Assembly (NCBI GenBank): GCA_028817405.1
Contig: JAPPPS010000121.1
Span: 9,139-73,138, forward strand
DNA length: 64,000 nt
Source of the DNA: Gammaproteobacteria bacterium
GTDB lineage: Bacteria; Pseudomonadota; Gammaproteobacteria; Arenicellales; Poriferihabitantaceae
Reading direction: 5' to 3'
In this document: positions 45,931 to 64,000 of the stretch, one piece after another
Layout: every line of letters starts with the position of its first letter
How positions within the stretch are numbered: the stretch's first letter is position 1
Made by a program: the position numbers and the translations under genes
The notes under the pieces: generated by a model
Told to the model about the DNA's origin: nothing
The model's input: the letters and a program-made list of their open reading frames with translations, nothing else
Database searches by the model: none

Positions 45931-46230
45931 GTGGCGGCCTACTACCAGTTCAGCGACTGGTTGCAGGTCGCGCGCGTCGGCGCGGTGCTGGCCGGGGTGT
46001 TGGTCGCGGTCGGCATCGCCGTGACCACCGAGGCCGGGCGCGCGGCGCTGGTGTTCGCGCGCGGCGCCAACATCGAGCGCCAGAAAATGGTGTGGCCGGC
46101 GCGCCGCGAAGCGCTGCAGGTCACCGGCTTGGTGGTGGTGATGGTGATTTTGTTCGGCTTGTATTTGTGGCTGCTGGACTCGGTGTCGTTCTACGCCATC
46201 TACGACTTGGTGTTGGGGCTGGAGAGTTGA
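45931..46230 (+). CDS. secE: preprotein translocase subunit SecE (start uncertain)
   Basis: The C-terminal part reads [34 protein letters not shown]. The track start is GTG 45931, but the frame stays open and hydrophobic upstream of it (see findings). Confidence 0.8.
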   Translation: MAAYYQFSDWLQVARVGAVLAGVLVAVGIAVTTEAGRAALVFARGANIERQKMVWPARREALQVTGLVVVMVILFGLYLWLLDSVSFYAIYDLVLGLES

Positions 46231-46232
46231 GC

Positions 46233-46829
46233 ATGAACGAATCGAGCACAACCGCGGCCGCGCCGACCCCGACCGCCACCACCGCCGACGCCAAGCGGTG
46301 GTATGTGGTGCAGGCGTACGCCGGCTACGAGAAGCAGGTGCAGCGCTCGCTGCGCGAGCATATCGACCGCAGTCCGGAGGAGATGCGCGCGAGTTTCGGC
46401 GACATCCTGGTGCCGACCGAGGAAGTGGTGGAGATGCGCGGCGGCCAGAAGCACACCAGCGAGCGCAAGTTCTTCCCCGGTTATGTGCTGGTGCAGATGC
46501 TGATGAACGACGAGACCTGGCACTTGGTGCGCAGCGTGCCGAAAGTGTCCGGCTTCATCGGCGGTACCGAGAACACCCAGCCGATTCCGATTACCGACCG
46601 CGAGGCCGAGGACATCATCCGCCAGGTGTCGGACAGCACCGACCGGCCGCGCATGAAAGTCACCTTCGCGCCCGGCGAGTTGGTGCGCATCATCGACGGC
46701 CCGTTCGCCGAGTTCAACGGCACCGTCGAGGAAGTCAATTCCGAGAAGGCGAAACTGCGCGTCTCGGTGATGATCCTCGGGCGCTCGACGCCGGTCGAGT
46801 TGGACTTCATTCATGTGGCGAAAGGCTAA
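46233..46829 (+). CDS. nusG: transcription termination/antitermination factor NusG
   Basis: ATG at 46233. Carries [16 protein letters not shown] and the KOW region [21 protein letters not shown]. Confidence 0.95.
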   Translation: MNESSTTAAAPTPTATTADAKRWYVVQAYAGYEKQVQRSLREHIDRSPEEMRASFGDILVPTEEVVEMRGGQKHTSERKFFPGYVLVQMLMNDETWHLVRSVPKVSGFIGGTENTQPIPITDREAEDIIRQVSDSTDRPRMKVTFAPGELVRIIDGPFAEFNGTVEEVNSEKAKLRVSVMILGRSTPVELDFIHVAKG

Positions 46830-46890
46830 CCGCCCGCCGCCACCGTCAACCGTCAACCGTCAACGCCAACCGCACTGACAGGAGCGAATC

Positions 46891-47388
46891 ATGGCCGCGA
46901 AAATCGACGCGTACATCAAACTGCAAATTCCCGCGGGCGAAGCCAAGCCCAGCCCGCCGGTCGGCCCCGCATTGGGCCAGCACGGCGTGAACATCATGGA
47001 ATTCTGCAAGGCCTTCAACGCCGAGACCGAAGACCTGGAAAAGGGCTTGCCGATTCCGGTGGTCATCACTGTGTACGCCGACAAGAATTTCACCTTCGTG
47101 CGCAAGACCCCGCCGGCCGCGGTGCTGCTGAAGAAAGCGGCCGGCATTGATAAAGGCAGTGGTGTGCCTAACCGCGACAAAAAGGGCGTGGTCACCCGCG
47201 CACAACTGGAGGACATCGCCCGCGTCAAGGAAGCCGACTTGAACGCCTACGACTTGGAGCAGGCGGTGCGCATCATCGCCGGCAGCGCGCGCAGCATGGG
47301 CATCGACATCGCCGACACCGTCGAGAACGCCGACACCGCCGAGCCCACCGCCACCGCCGACATCGCCACCGAGGAGGCCGCGGCATGA
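46891..47388 (+). CDS. rplK: 50S ribosomal protein L11 with a ~20-aa acidic C-terminal extension
   Basis: Starts [43 protein letters not shown]. The stop overlaps the rplA ATG (ATGA). Confidence 0.95.
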   Translation: MAAKIDAYIKLQIPAGEAKPSPPVGPALGQHGVNIMEFCKAFNAETEDLEKGLPIPVVITVYADKNFTFVRKTPPAAVLLKKAAGIDKGSGVPNRDKKGVVTRAQLEDIARVKEADLNAYDLEQAVRIIAGSARSMGIDIADTVENADTAEPTATADIATEEAAA

Positions 47389-48083
47389 AACCGGGCAAAC
47401 GCATGCGCGCCGCGGCCGAGAAGGTCGAGCGCGACAAACGCTATCCGTTGGGCGAGGCGCTGGAGTTGGTGAAGCAACTGGCGTCGGCGAAGTTCGACGA
47501 GTCGGTCGAGGTGGCGGTCAACCTCGGCGTCAACGCGCGCAAGTCGGACCAGAATGTGCGCGGCGCGACGCTGCTGCCGAAAGGCACCGGCAAGACCGTG
47601 CGCGTGGCGGTGTTCGCCGAGGGCGAGGCCGCGCAGGCGGCGCAAGCGGCCGGCGCCGATGTGGTCGGTATGGACGATTTGGCGACGCGCATCAAGGGCG
47701 GCAGCATCGACTTCGACTTGTGCATCGCGCATCCGGATGCGATGAAAATCGTGGGGCCGTTGGGGCAAATCTTGGGCCCGCGCGGCCTGATGCCGAACCC
47801 CAAAGTCGGCACCGTCACCGCCGACACCGGCGGCGCGGTGCGCGACGCCAAGACCGGCCAGGTGCAATACCGCATCGACAAAGCCGGGTTGATTCACTGC
47901 GCTATCGGCAAGGTGTCGTTCGCGCCGCAGGACTTGGAGGAGAATCTGAACGCGCTGATTGCGGCGCTAATTAAATCCAAGCCGGCCGCGTCCAAGGGCC
48001 AGTATATCCGCCGCGTCGCGCTGTCCAGCACCATGGGCCCGGGGGTGCGCGTCGACCGCGCCACCATCGCCGCGATTCGTTGA
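47385..48083 (+). CDS. rplA: 50S ribosomal protein L1
   Basis: Carries [20 protein letters not shown] and [14 protein letters not shown]. Confidence 0.95.
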   Translation: MKPGKRMRAAAEKVERDKRYPLGEALELVKQLASAKFDESVEVAVNLGVNARKSDQNVRGATLLPKGTGKTVRVAVFAEGEAAQAAQAAGADVVGMDDLATRIKGGSIDFDLCIAHPDAMKIVGPLGQILGPRGLMPNPKVGTVTADTGGAVRDAKTGQVQYRIDKAGLIHCAIGKVSFAPQDLEENLNALIAALIKSKPAASKGQYIRRVALSSTMGPGVRVDRATIAAIR

Positions 48084-48110
48084 TTCAATTCCGGCAACGA
48101 GGAAACACCC

Positions 48111-48656
48111 ATGAGTCTCAGCATCGAGCAGAAGAAAACCGTGGTCAGCGATGTGTCCGCGGCATTGGCCTCGGCCCGGGCCGGCGTGTTGGCGGAGTAC
48201 CGCGGCTTGAATGTCGCGCAACTGACCGACTTGCGCGCGCGCGCCCGGCGGCGCGGGGTGTGGGTGCGGGTGGTCAAGAACAGTTTAGCCAAGCGCATCG
48301 TGGCCGGCTCCGACTTCGAGTGTTTGGACGCGCACTTCACCGGCCCGGTGATTTTCTCCGCGGCCGAGGACCCGGTCGCGGTGGCGAAAGTGGCCGCCGA
48401 CTTCGCGGCCGACAACGACGACTTCAAGATTACCGCGGGCGTGATGAACGGCGCGTTAATCGACTTATCGACCATCGGCAGTTTGGCCAAACTGCCGGGT
48501 CGCGACGAACTCATCGCCCAACTCATCGCCGCCATGCGCGCGCCGGTGCAAACCGTGGCCGCGACGCTGAACGAAATTCCGTCGCGCCTGGTTCGCACCC
48601 TGGCCGCGGTGGCGCAGGCGAAGGCGGCGGCGAGCGCGCAAGAGGAGGCGAGTTAG
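48111..48656 (+). CDS. rplJ: 50S ribosomal protein L10
   Basis: Starts [42 protein letters not shown]. Confidence 0.9.
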   Translation: MSLSIEQKKTVVSDVSAALASARAGVLAEYRGLNVAQLTDLRARARRRGVWVRVVKNSLAKRIVAGSDFECLDAHFTGPVIFSAAEDPVAVAKVAADFAADNDDFKITAGVMNGALIDLSTIGSLAKLPGRDELIAQLIAAMRAPVQTVAATLNEIPSRLVRTLAAVAQAKAAASAQEEAS

Positions 48657-48739
48657 CCGGCGGCGGTTTGTTTGGTTTTGCTTCGGCGGCCGGCCGATTC
48701 GACGAGTGTTTAACTTTCAGCAGTTACCGGAGACCTATC

Positions 48740-49126
48740 ATGGCTTTGAACAAGCAGGAAATTTTGGACGGCATCGCCGAGATGTCGGTTCTCGACCTGT
48801 CCGAGTTAATTAAGGACATGGAGGAGAAGTTCGGCGTGACCGCGGCGGTCGCGGTGGCCGCGGCCCCGGCCGCGGCCGGCGGCGCCGGCGCGGCCGCGGC
48901 CGAGGCCGAAGAGCAGACCGCGTTTGATGTGATGCTGACCGGCTTCGGCGACAAAAAAGTCGCGGTCATCAAGGCGGTGCGCGCCATCACCGGGCTGGGC
49001 TTGAAAGAAGCCAAAGACCTGGTGGAAGCGTCGCCGTCCGCGGTCAAAGAAGGCGTCAACAAAGAGGACGCCGGCAACTTCAAGCAACAAATCGAAGAGG
49101 CGGGCGGCACGGTCGAACTCAAGTGA
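48740..49126 (+). CDS. rplL: 50S ribosomal protein L7/L12
   Basis: Starts [33 protein letters not shown] and carries [24 protein letters not shown]. Confidence 0.95.
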   Translation: MALNKQEILDGIAEMSVLDLSELIKDMEEKFGVTAAVAVAAAPAAAGGAGAAAAEAEEQTAFDVMLTGFGDKKVAVIKAVRAITGLGLKEAKDLVEASPSAVKEGVNKEDAGNFKQQIEEAGGTVELK

Positions 49127-49290
49127 CCGCCGTCCATGCTGTCGCCGTCGTTGTCACCGTCACCGGTGGCGTACGCGCTGTCGCCGTTGCCGGCGGCGGC
49201 GCGTTGTCGACTGTCGGACTGCCGTCGACGGTCACCGTCGACCGTCACCGTCGACGGTCACCATCGACGGTGGCGCCGTCATTCGCCCCT
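49127..49290. repeat. GTCACC/GTCGAC-rich short-repeat tract in the rplL-rpoB spacer
   Basis: TTGTCACCGTCACCGG...GCCGTCGACGGTCACCGTCGACCGTCACCGTCGACGGTCACCATCGACGG. This is the same hexamer family as the coding inserts, but here it is non-coding. Confidence 0.8.
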
Positions 49291-49373
49291 CGCCATCGCT
49301 TATCACGCAACGCGCGTTCTCGCACGGCACGGTTGTACCGTGCGGCGCGCGCCCGACCTGACCTGAGAGCATC

Positions 49374-58420
<9,047 letters not shown>

Positions 58421-58515
58421 CCGTCGTTTACCACGCCGCCCGCGCCGTCCATCGCTCGCGCCCACGGCATTCGCCGCCCACCGCCCGCGCCCAACACCGT
58501 TCGCCGCCGCGCCGA

Positions 58516-58591
<76 letters not shown>

Positions 58592-58663
58592 GTATCCACA
58601 CTTCGGCGCCCGCGCGACAGCATTTCAGCCCCCGCGGCCGGCGATTATAACCCGTCGCGCGCG

Positions 58664-59596
58664 TTAAACTTTCAACTTCGACGGCAGGGAGAACGCGATG
58701 GTTTCGCGCGGGCCGGGCAGTTCGATGGCTTGGTCGAGGCGGCGGCCGAGGCGTTGGATGACTTCGGCGACCAATGATTCCGGGGCCGAGGCGCCGGCGG
58801 TTACGCCGGCGCATTGTTTGCCGCGCAGCCAGGCCGTTTGGATTTGCGCCGGGCCGTCGATGAGGTAGGCCGGCACGCCGCGCGCGGCGGCGATTTCGCG
58901 CAGGCGGTTGGAGTTGGAACTGTTCGGCGAGCCGACCACGAACACGATGTCGCATTCGGCCGCCAATCGCTTGACCGCGTCCTGGCGGTTTTGCGTGGCG
59001 TAGCAGATGTCGTCCTTGCGCGGGCCGCGAATCGCCGGGAAGCGCGCTTTCAACGCCGCGATGATGCGCGCGGTGTCGTCCATCGACAGCGTGGTTTGGC
59101 TGACGAACGCGAGTCGCTGCGGGTCGCGCACTTGCAGGCGCGCCACATCGTCGACGCTCTCGACCAAGTGCATGCCGCCGCCGGCCTGGCCCATGGTGCC
59201 TTCCACCTCGGGGTGGCCGGCGTGGCCGATGAGCACGACCTCGAGGCCGAGTTTGCGGCACTGGCGAACTTCGATGTGCACTTTGGTGACCAGCGGGCAG
59301 GTGGCGTCGAACACCGTCAGGCCGCGCCGCTCGGCTTCGCGCCGCACCGCCTTTGATACGCCGTGCGCGCTGAACACCACCGTCGCCGGCGCGGGGATTT
59401 CATCCAGTTCATCGACAAACACCGCGCCCTTTTTGCGCAGCGAGTCGACCACGAAACGGTTATGCACGACTTCGTGGCGGACATAAATCGGCGCGCCGAA
59501 TTTCTCCAGCGCGAGGTCGACGATGTCGATGGCGCGGTCGACCCCGGCGCAGAAACCGCGCGGGTTGGCGAGCATGACTTTCATTGCGGCTTGCAT
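58664..59596 (-). CDS. ispH: 4-hydroxy-3-methylbut-2-enyl diphosphate reductase
   Basis: Starts [22 protein letters not shown]. There are two candidate ATGs, with upper coordinates 59596 and 59584. Confidence 0.9.
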   Translation of the reverse strand: MQAAMKVMLANPRGFCAGVDRAIDIVDLALEKFGAPIYVRHEVVHNRFVVDSLRKKGAVFVDELDEIPAPATVVFSAHGVSKAVRREAERRGLTVFDATCPLVTKVHIEVRQCRKLGLEVVLIGHAGHPEVEGTMGQAGGGMHLVESVDDVARLQVRDPQRLAFVSQTTLSMDDTARIIAALKARFPAIRGPRKDDICYATQNRQDAVKRLAAECDIVFVVGSPNSSNSNRLREIAAARGVPAYLIDGPAQIQTAWLRGKQCAGVTAGASAPESLVAEVIQRLGRRLDQAIELPGPRETIAFSLPSKLKV

Positions 59597-59626
59597 TTTC
59601 GTCTCACTTCGAAGTTCATCGCGCGA

Positions 59627-60157
59627 TTATACGCGCCGGTTTTGCCGCGCGCCGCCGCCGACAACATGGTCGAGAATGATGCACGCCGCGCCGATGGAAA
59701 TCGCGCTGTCCGCGAGGTTGAAGGCCGGGAATTGCCGGCCGCGGTGGTGCAGCACGATGAAGTCGATGACGAATTGATAAAGCGCGCGGTCGATGAGATT
59801 GCCGAGCGCGCCGCCGAGTAGCAGCGCCAAGCCGCAGCACAACAACGCGCCGTTTTGATGCGTCGCGCGCGTCGCGCGCCACAGCCACGCCAGCAAAACC
59901 AGCGACAGTACCGCCGCGAGAGCGCTTAAAAAAATCGTTTGCCAGCCGCCGGCGTCGGCGAGAAAACCGAACGCCGCGCCGCGGTTGAACACCAACTGGA
60001 AGCGCAGAACCGGCAGGAGGTCCACCGCCGCGCCGCCGGCCAGCATCGACCACGCGAGGTGTTTTGTTGCTTGGTCCGCGGCGACGATGGCAACGGTGAG
60101 CGCGATGTAGCCGGCGAACTTCCGCGCCGGTGATGCGTTTGATGCCGCGGCGTTCAT
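59627..60157 (-). CDS. lspA: lipoprotein signal peptidase II
   Basis: Four TM segments and the FNLADSAISIGAACIILD motif. The start overlaps the ribF stop. Confidence 0.85.
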   Translation of the reverse strand: MNAAASNASPARKFAGYIALTVAIVAADQATKHLAWSMLAGGAAVDLLPVLRFQLVFNRGAAFGFLADAGGWQTIFLSALAAVLSLVLLAWLWRATRATHQNGALLCCGLALLLGGALGNLIDRALYQFVIDFIVLHHRGRQFPAFNLADSAISIGAACIILDHVVGGGARQNRRV

Positions 60158-61164
60158 GCGCCGGCACCGTCACCGTCACCGGCACCGGCACCGGCACCGT
60201 CACCGCGGCCGGAATCACCGTCACCGACGCCCAACAGTCGCCGCGCCACCGCCGCGTCTTCGCCGATGCGCTCGATGAGTTCGGCGTAACTGCCGAACTT
60301 TTTCTCGTCGCGAATGCGCGCGACGAATTCCACGCACACGCGCCGGCCGTACGCGTCGCCATCGCAGGGGTAGTCGAACAAGTGAACTTCCAACACGATG
60401 TCGGAGTCGCGCAAGGTCGGGCGGTTGCCGAGGCTGGCGACGCCGGGCAGCGGCGCGCTACCTAAGCCGCGCACCGTCACCGCGAAGATGCCGCGCAGCG
60501 CCGGGCGGTGGCGGACCGCCAGATTGATGGTCGGGAAACCCCATGCGCGCCCGCGCTGTTTGCCGCGCCGCACCCGCCCGACATGCGCGTAGCGCCGGCC
60601 GAGCAACAACTCGGCCGCGGCCAAATCGCCGCCCGCCAACAACTCCCGGATGCGCGAACTGCTGACGCGCGCGCCGCCGTGTTCGATGGCGGGGACGCGC
60701 TCGAGCGTGTAGTCGCCGGCGCCGGCCATGGTCTCCAGCAGTTGAAAATCGCCGCCGCGGCGCGCGCCAAAACGGAAGTCATCGCCAATCAAGAGATGCC
60801 GCACTTTCAATCGCTCGACCAAGTGGCGGCGGACGAAATCTTCGGCGGAGGTTTGCGCCAAAGCGCGGTTGAAACGCAGACTCAGCATGATGTCCACGCC
60901 GCAGTCGCGCAGCGCGAAGAAGCGCGCGGCGGTGGTGGTCAAGCGCGGCGGCGGCGCGGCATCGGCCCGGGCGCGCGCGAAAAATTCCTGCGGATGCGGG
61001 TCGAAAGTCATGACCACGGCCGGCAAGTGGCGCTGCTTGGCGCGCGCGGTGAGGTCGCGCAAGATTCGCCGGTGGCCGATATGCACCGCATCGAAGTTGC
61101 CGATGGTGAGCGCGCAGCCGCGGGCCGGCAGGGCGGATGAGTCGATGGAGCGAATGAGTTGCAT
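60154..61164 (-). CDS. ribF: bifunctional riboflavin kinase / FMN adenylyltransferase with a Gly/Asp/Ala C-terminal tail
   Basis: Carries TIGNFDAVHIGHRRIL and GFPTINL. The tail reads GVGDGDSGRGDGAGAGAGDGDGAGA. Confidence 0.9.
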   Translation of the reverse strand: MQLIRSIDSSALPARGCALTIGNFDAVHIGHRRILRDLTARAKQRHLPAVVMTFDPHPQEFFARARADAAPPPRLTTTAARFFALRDCGVDIMLSLRFNRALAQTSAEDFVRRHLVERLKVRHLLIGDDFRFGARRGGDFQLLETMAGAGDYTLERVPAIEHGGARVSSSRIRELLAGGDLAAAELLLGRRYAHVGRVRRGKQRGRAWGFPTINLAVRHRPALRGIFAVTVRGLGSAPLPGVASLGNRPTLRDSDIVLEVHLFDYPCDGDAYGRRVCVEFVARIRDEKKFGSYAELIERIGEDAAVARRLLGVGDGDSGRGDGAGAGAGDGDGAGA

Positions 61165-62813
61165 TAGGCGTCCGGGGTGTGCGCGGTCGATGCTTGGTTG
61201 CGGTCACCGTCACCGTCGCCGGCACCGTCACTGTCACCGCCGCCACCGATATTCCGCGCCTGCCACAACGCGCGCAACCGTACGCCGAACACGAACAGCG
61301 CGGCGAAATACACCAGCGCGCCGGCCGCCACCCACGCCAACAACTGCATCGCCCGCGGCCCGGCCGGCATGGCAATCCACGCATCGCCGCCGGGCCCGCC
61401 GCCGCCCCACCACAGCAGCGCGCCCATCGCGCCCGCGGCCGCGCCGACCTTAAACAAAAACCCGCCCCAGCCCGGCGCCGGCCGGTAGATTCCGGCGCGC
61501 CGCAACGCGACCAACAACAAACCGGCGTTCAGATACGCGGCCAACGATGTCGCCAACGCTAAGCCGACATGCTGCAACGGCCACACCAGCAGCAAACTAA
61601 AAACGATATTCGCCGCCACCGCGAGCATGCCGATGCGCACCGGCGTGCGCGTGTTGTGGTGCGCGTAAAAACCGGGCGCGAGGATTTTCACCATGACGAT
61701 GGCGGTCAGGCCGAGCGCGTACGCGACCAAACTCGCGGCCGCCATGCGCACGCCGAGCGCGCTGAAATCGCCGTGGTGGTAAATCGCGGCGATGAGCGGC
61801 CCCGCCAGCACCGTCAAGCCGACCGTGGCCGGCGCGCAGACCAAAAATACCCATCGCGCGGCCCAATCGATGGTGGCGGAAAACGCCGCGGCCGAGCCGC
61901 CGGCGCGTTTGCGCGACAAGTCCGGCAGGATGGCGGTGCTGAGCGCGATGCCGAAAACGCCGACCGGGAACTCCATCAGACGGTCCGAATAGTACAGCCA
62001 GGCGATGCTGCCGGTGGCCAAAAACGACGCCAGCAAGGTGCCGACCAGGACGTTGATTTGCGCCACCGACACGCCGAGAATCGCCGGCACGGTCAGCGCG
62101 AATACGCGGCGCACACCGTCGGCCGCGGTCCGGTCTTGCGCGCCGGCGACCAAGCGCGGGCGGATGGGGAGTTTTTCGCGGCGCAGGAACGGAATCTGGA
62201 ACGCTAATTGCAACGCGCCCGCGGCCGCCACGCCGACCGCCAACGCGATGGGCGCATCGGCAAACCGCGGCGCCAACCACCACGCGGCCGCGATGAGGCA
62301 GAAGTTCAGCAGCACCGGCGTCGCGGCCGGCGCGGCGAACCGGCCGCAGGTGTTCAGCATGGCCGCGGCCATCGCCACCAACGAGATGAAAAACAAATAC
62401 GGGAAGGTGATGCGCGTGGCGTCGACCGCCAACTGAAACTTTTCCGGCTGCGCCAAAAATCCCGGCGCGACCACCGTCACCAGCGCCGGGGCCGCGGCCG
62501 CGCCGGCGACCGATGCGAGCAAAAGAATCAAACCGAAGCGGCCCAACATTAACTGCAGGAATCTCGCGTTGTCCGCGGCCGGGCGGTGCATGCGGAAGTC
62601 GGTGAACACCGGCACGAACGCGGCCGAGAACGCGCCCTCGGCGGAAATGCGGCGGAAGAAATTGGGAATGCGGAAGGCGACGAAGAACACATCCGCGGCC
62701 GCGCGGTCGCCCAACAGATGCGCGAACACCACATCGCGCAGCAGACCGGTCAAGCGCGACAGCAGCGTCATCGTACCGATAACCGCGGTCGAGCGAATGA
62801 GTTTGGCGGGCAT
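61164..62813 (-). CDS. murJ: lipid II flippase MurJ (MviN) with a Gly/Asp C-terminal tail
   Basis: Starts MPAKLIRSTAVIGTMTLLSRLTGLLRDVVFAHLLG...FFVAFRIPNFFRRI and has about 14 TM segments. The tail reads [17 protein letters not shown]. Confidence 0.9.
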   Translation of the reverse strand: MPAKLIRSTAVIGTMTLLSRLTGLLRDVVFAHLLGDRAAADVFFVAFRIPNFFRRISAEGAFSAAFVPVFTDFRMHRPAADNARFLQLMLGRFGLILLLASVAGAAAAPALVTVVAPGFLAQPEKFQLAVDATRITFPYLFFISLVAMAAAMLNTCGRFAAPAATPVLLNFCLIAAAWWLAPRFADAPIALAVGVAAAGALQLAFQIPFLRREKLPIRPRLVAGAQDRTAADGVRRVFALTVPAILGVSVAQINVLVGTLLASFLATGSIAWLYYSDRLMEFPVGVFGIALSTAILPDLSRKRAGGSAAAFSATIDWAARWVFLVCAPATVGLTVLAGPLIAAIYHHGDFSALGVRMAAASLVAYALGLTAIVMVKILAPGFYAHHNTRTPVRIGMLAVAANIVFSLLLVWPLQHVGLALATSLAAYLNAGLLLVALRRAGIYRPAPGWGGFLFKVGAAAGAMGALLWWGGGGPGGDAWIAMPAGPRAMQLLAWVAAGALVYFAALFVFGVRLRALWQARNIGGGGDSDGAGDGDGDRNQASTAHTPDA

Positions 62814-62836
62814 GGGATGGACGCGAATTAAAGCCC

Positions 62837-62859
62837 GCCCCCGCCTCCGAGCGGGGGGC
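62837..62859 (-). terminator. possible terminator hairpin downstream of the methyltransferase gene
   Basis: GCCCCCGC (62837-62844) pairs with GCGGGGG(G)C (62851-62859) with one bulge. On the minus strand it is followed by GGGCTTTAATT, only a weak U-tract. Confidence 0.3.
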
Positions 62860-62949
62860 TCTGGACTCCGGGTCGGGGCCCTTCGTTGCGGCTATGCAGC
62901 CTCATCGATTGGTTCCATGACTTTTGCGCGGAAAGGCGGTCGCCGACAA

Positions 62950-63906
62950 TTAAGCCCGGCGCCGCTTTCGGTACTCGCTCGAAGCGCCGGCGAACAAGTG
63001 CGCGTGGCGGCGCGGGGCGATTTTTACATAATCGATTTCGCGCATGTCGGCCGGGATGTCAAAGTGGCCGGCCAGCGCCGGCCAGTCATGGTCGCGCAAG
63101 GTGCGCACTTCGTTCAAATAAAAACTCACCCAAACATCGCCGATGCGCGAATCGGGCGCGGCGTTTTTTATGTTTTCCTCGCTGATTTTTTTGTACATCG
63201 AATCGACATCGAAGCCGATGAAGTGGCGCCCGAGTTTTTTCGCCGCAACCGCGGTCGTGCCGGCGCCGACAAACGGGTCCAGCACCACATCGCCCGCGTC
63301 GGTCGCCATCAAAATCAAACGCTCCAGCAACGACACCGGCAACTGGCACGGATGGTCGTCGCGGTATTTCTTGTGCTTTATGCGGTGAATGTCGGTCCAC
63401 ACATCGGACACCAGCGGGCCGAACGGATGCAGACCGGCCTTCTTTCCGCCGTAGTCCTTGCGCAAATAAGACGAGCGCCGCTCGCGCTCATGCGGCATGC
63501 GGATTTCGTAGATTTTCGCCCGTTTCAAATCCTTGACATAAAACAAAACGCCGTAGTGCGCCGGCTGCAAACTCTTGCCCATCGGCGAAGTCGGCGCATG
63601 CCATGCAATCCAGTGTTTGAAATGCGCGTGCCGATTCAAAATGGCGGCGTAATACGACAGCCACTTGGGAATGTTGTGCACGAATATCGAGCCGCTCGGC
63701 TTGGCGACTCGCGCCAACTCGGCGAGCCATTTCTCGCACCACTTGACATACTCCTCAAACGCCAGATTGTCGATGTAGCCGTTGTATTTTTTCTTCAAGT
63801 TGAACGGCGGGTCGGCGAACACCATGTCGATGCTGGCGTCCGGAATCGCGCGCAGCAGTTTCAGGCAGTCGCCGCGCGTTATGCGGTTCAGGTGTTGTTT
63901 AAGCAT
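62950..63906 (-). CDS. beta-class N4/N6 DNA methyltransferase
   Basis: Carries MVFADPPFNLKK (motif IV) and VLDPFVGAGTTAVAA (motif I). GC content is lower than in murJ. Confidence 0.8.
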   Translation of the reverse strand: MLKQHLNRITRGDCLKLLRAIPDASIDMVFADPPFNLKKKYNGYIDNLAFEEYVKWCEKWLAELARVAKPSGSIFVHNIPKWLSYYAAILNRHAHFKHWIAWHAPTSPMGKSLQPAHYGVLFYVKDLKRAKIYEIRMPHERERRSSYLRKDYGGKKAGLHPFGPLVSDVWTDIHRIKHKKYRDDHPCQLPVSLLERLILMATDAGDVVLDPFVGAGTTAVAAKKLGRHFIGFDVDSMYKKISEENIKNAAPDSRIGDVWVSFYLNEVRTLRDHDWPALAGHFDIPADMREIDYVKIAPRRHAHLFAGASSEYRKRRRA

Positions 63907-63916
63907 GACCGTCGCC

Positions 63917-64000
63917 TCATGTCATGGTTGCGGCAATGAACGCGTCGAACCGCGCCAGTTCATCCGGGTGAAAGGTGAAAACATCATGATACGCCCCGAC
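63917..64000 (-). CDS. 3' end of an unidentified gene immediately upstream of the methyltransferase (runs off the right edge)
   Basis: The reverse strand reads ...VGAYHDVFTFHPDELARFDAFIAATMT then TGA (63917-63919). GAGG and the methyltransferase ATG follow 10 nt later. Confidence 0.4.
   Translation of the reverse strand, partial: VGAYHDVFTFHPDELARFDAFIAATMT

Noticed and set aside
49327-49343. Short hairpin before rpoB as a rho-independent attenuator
   Set aside because: The stem is only 6 bp with no U-run, so the evidence is insufficient to annotate it as a terminator.

Overview
This is a GC-rich (roughly two-thirds G+C by eye) proteobacterial chromosome segment with Gamma/Betaproteobacteria-like gene order. 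All calls come from reading the sequence and the ORF track by eye; no searches were run. Many long ORFs in the track are antisense shadows of real genes. Gene order, left to right: mutM (partial); a ferredoxin-reductase-like oxidoreductase; a PaaI thioesterase; and two acyl-CoA dehydrogenases. Between those two lie a decayed peptide-binding-protein gene and a ~3.5 kb low-GC island bounded by an 11-bp direct repeat. The island carries an IS1595-type transposase stub, a PD-(D/E)xK-like protein, a ParB/Srx-like gene split by one in-frame TAG, and a Dam-class methyltransferase. Next come a SPOR protein, coaX and birA; a 1042-aa single-chain Type IIG-like R-M enzyme; ispG; a molybdopterin oxidoreductase; a trimethylamine-dehydrogenase-family flavoprotein plus a glutamine-synthetase-like enzyme; a methyltransferase-Mrr fusion; EamA; rpe; and a betaine-type ABC transporter. 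A tightly packed minus-strand operon follows: FAD-linked oxidase, SagB-like dehydrogenase, LanM-like protein, exported PBP-like protein, nitroreductase. After it come folE and a lipoprotein S8 protease autotransporter. The conserved block thrU-tyrU-glyT-thrT-tuf-trpT-secE-nusG-rplKAJL-rpoBC comes next, followed by tRNA-Thr(CGU), ispH-lspA-ribF-murJ and one more methyltransferase. Main findings: (1) the tRNA-Thr(UGU) gene is split by a 277-nt group I intron with readable P1/P10 pairings. (2) The LanM-like/SagB-like operon has no recognisable precursor and apparently no cyclase zinc ligands. (3) The Dam/ParB-like/nuclease-like island has its middle gene knocked out by an amber codon. (4) In-frame Gly/Asp-coding hexamer microsatellites are inserted in about 20 genes, including rpoB, rpe, ribF and murJ. 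(5) A ~170-residue coiled-coil-like insertion sits in the trigger-loop insertion region of rpoC. (6) A G8 tract lies just after the lipobox of the S8 autotransporter. No rRNA and no CRISPR array were seen.
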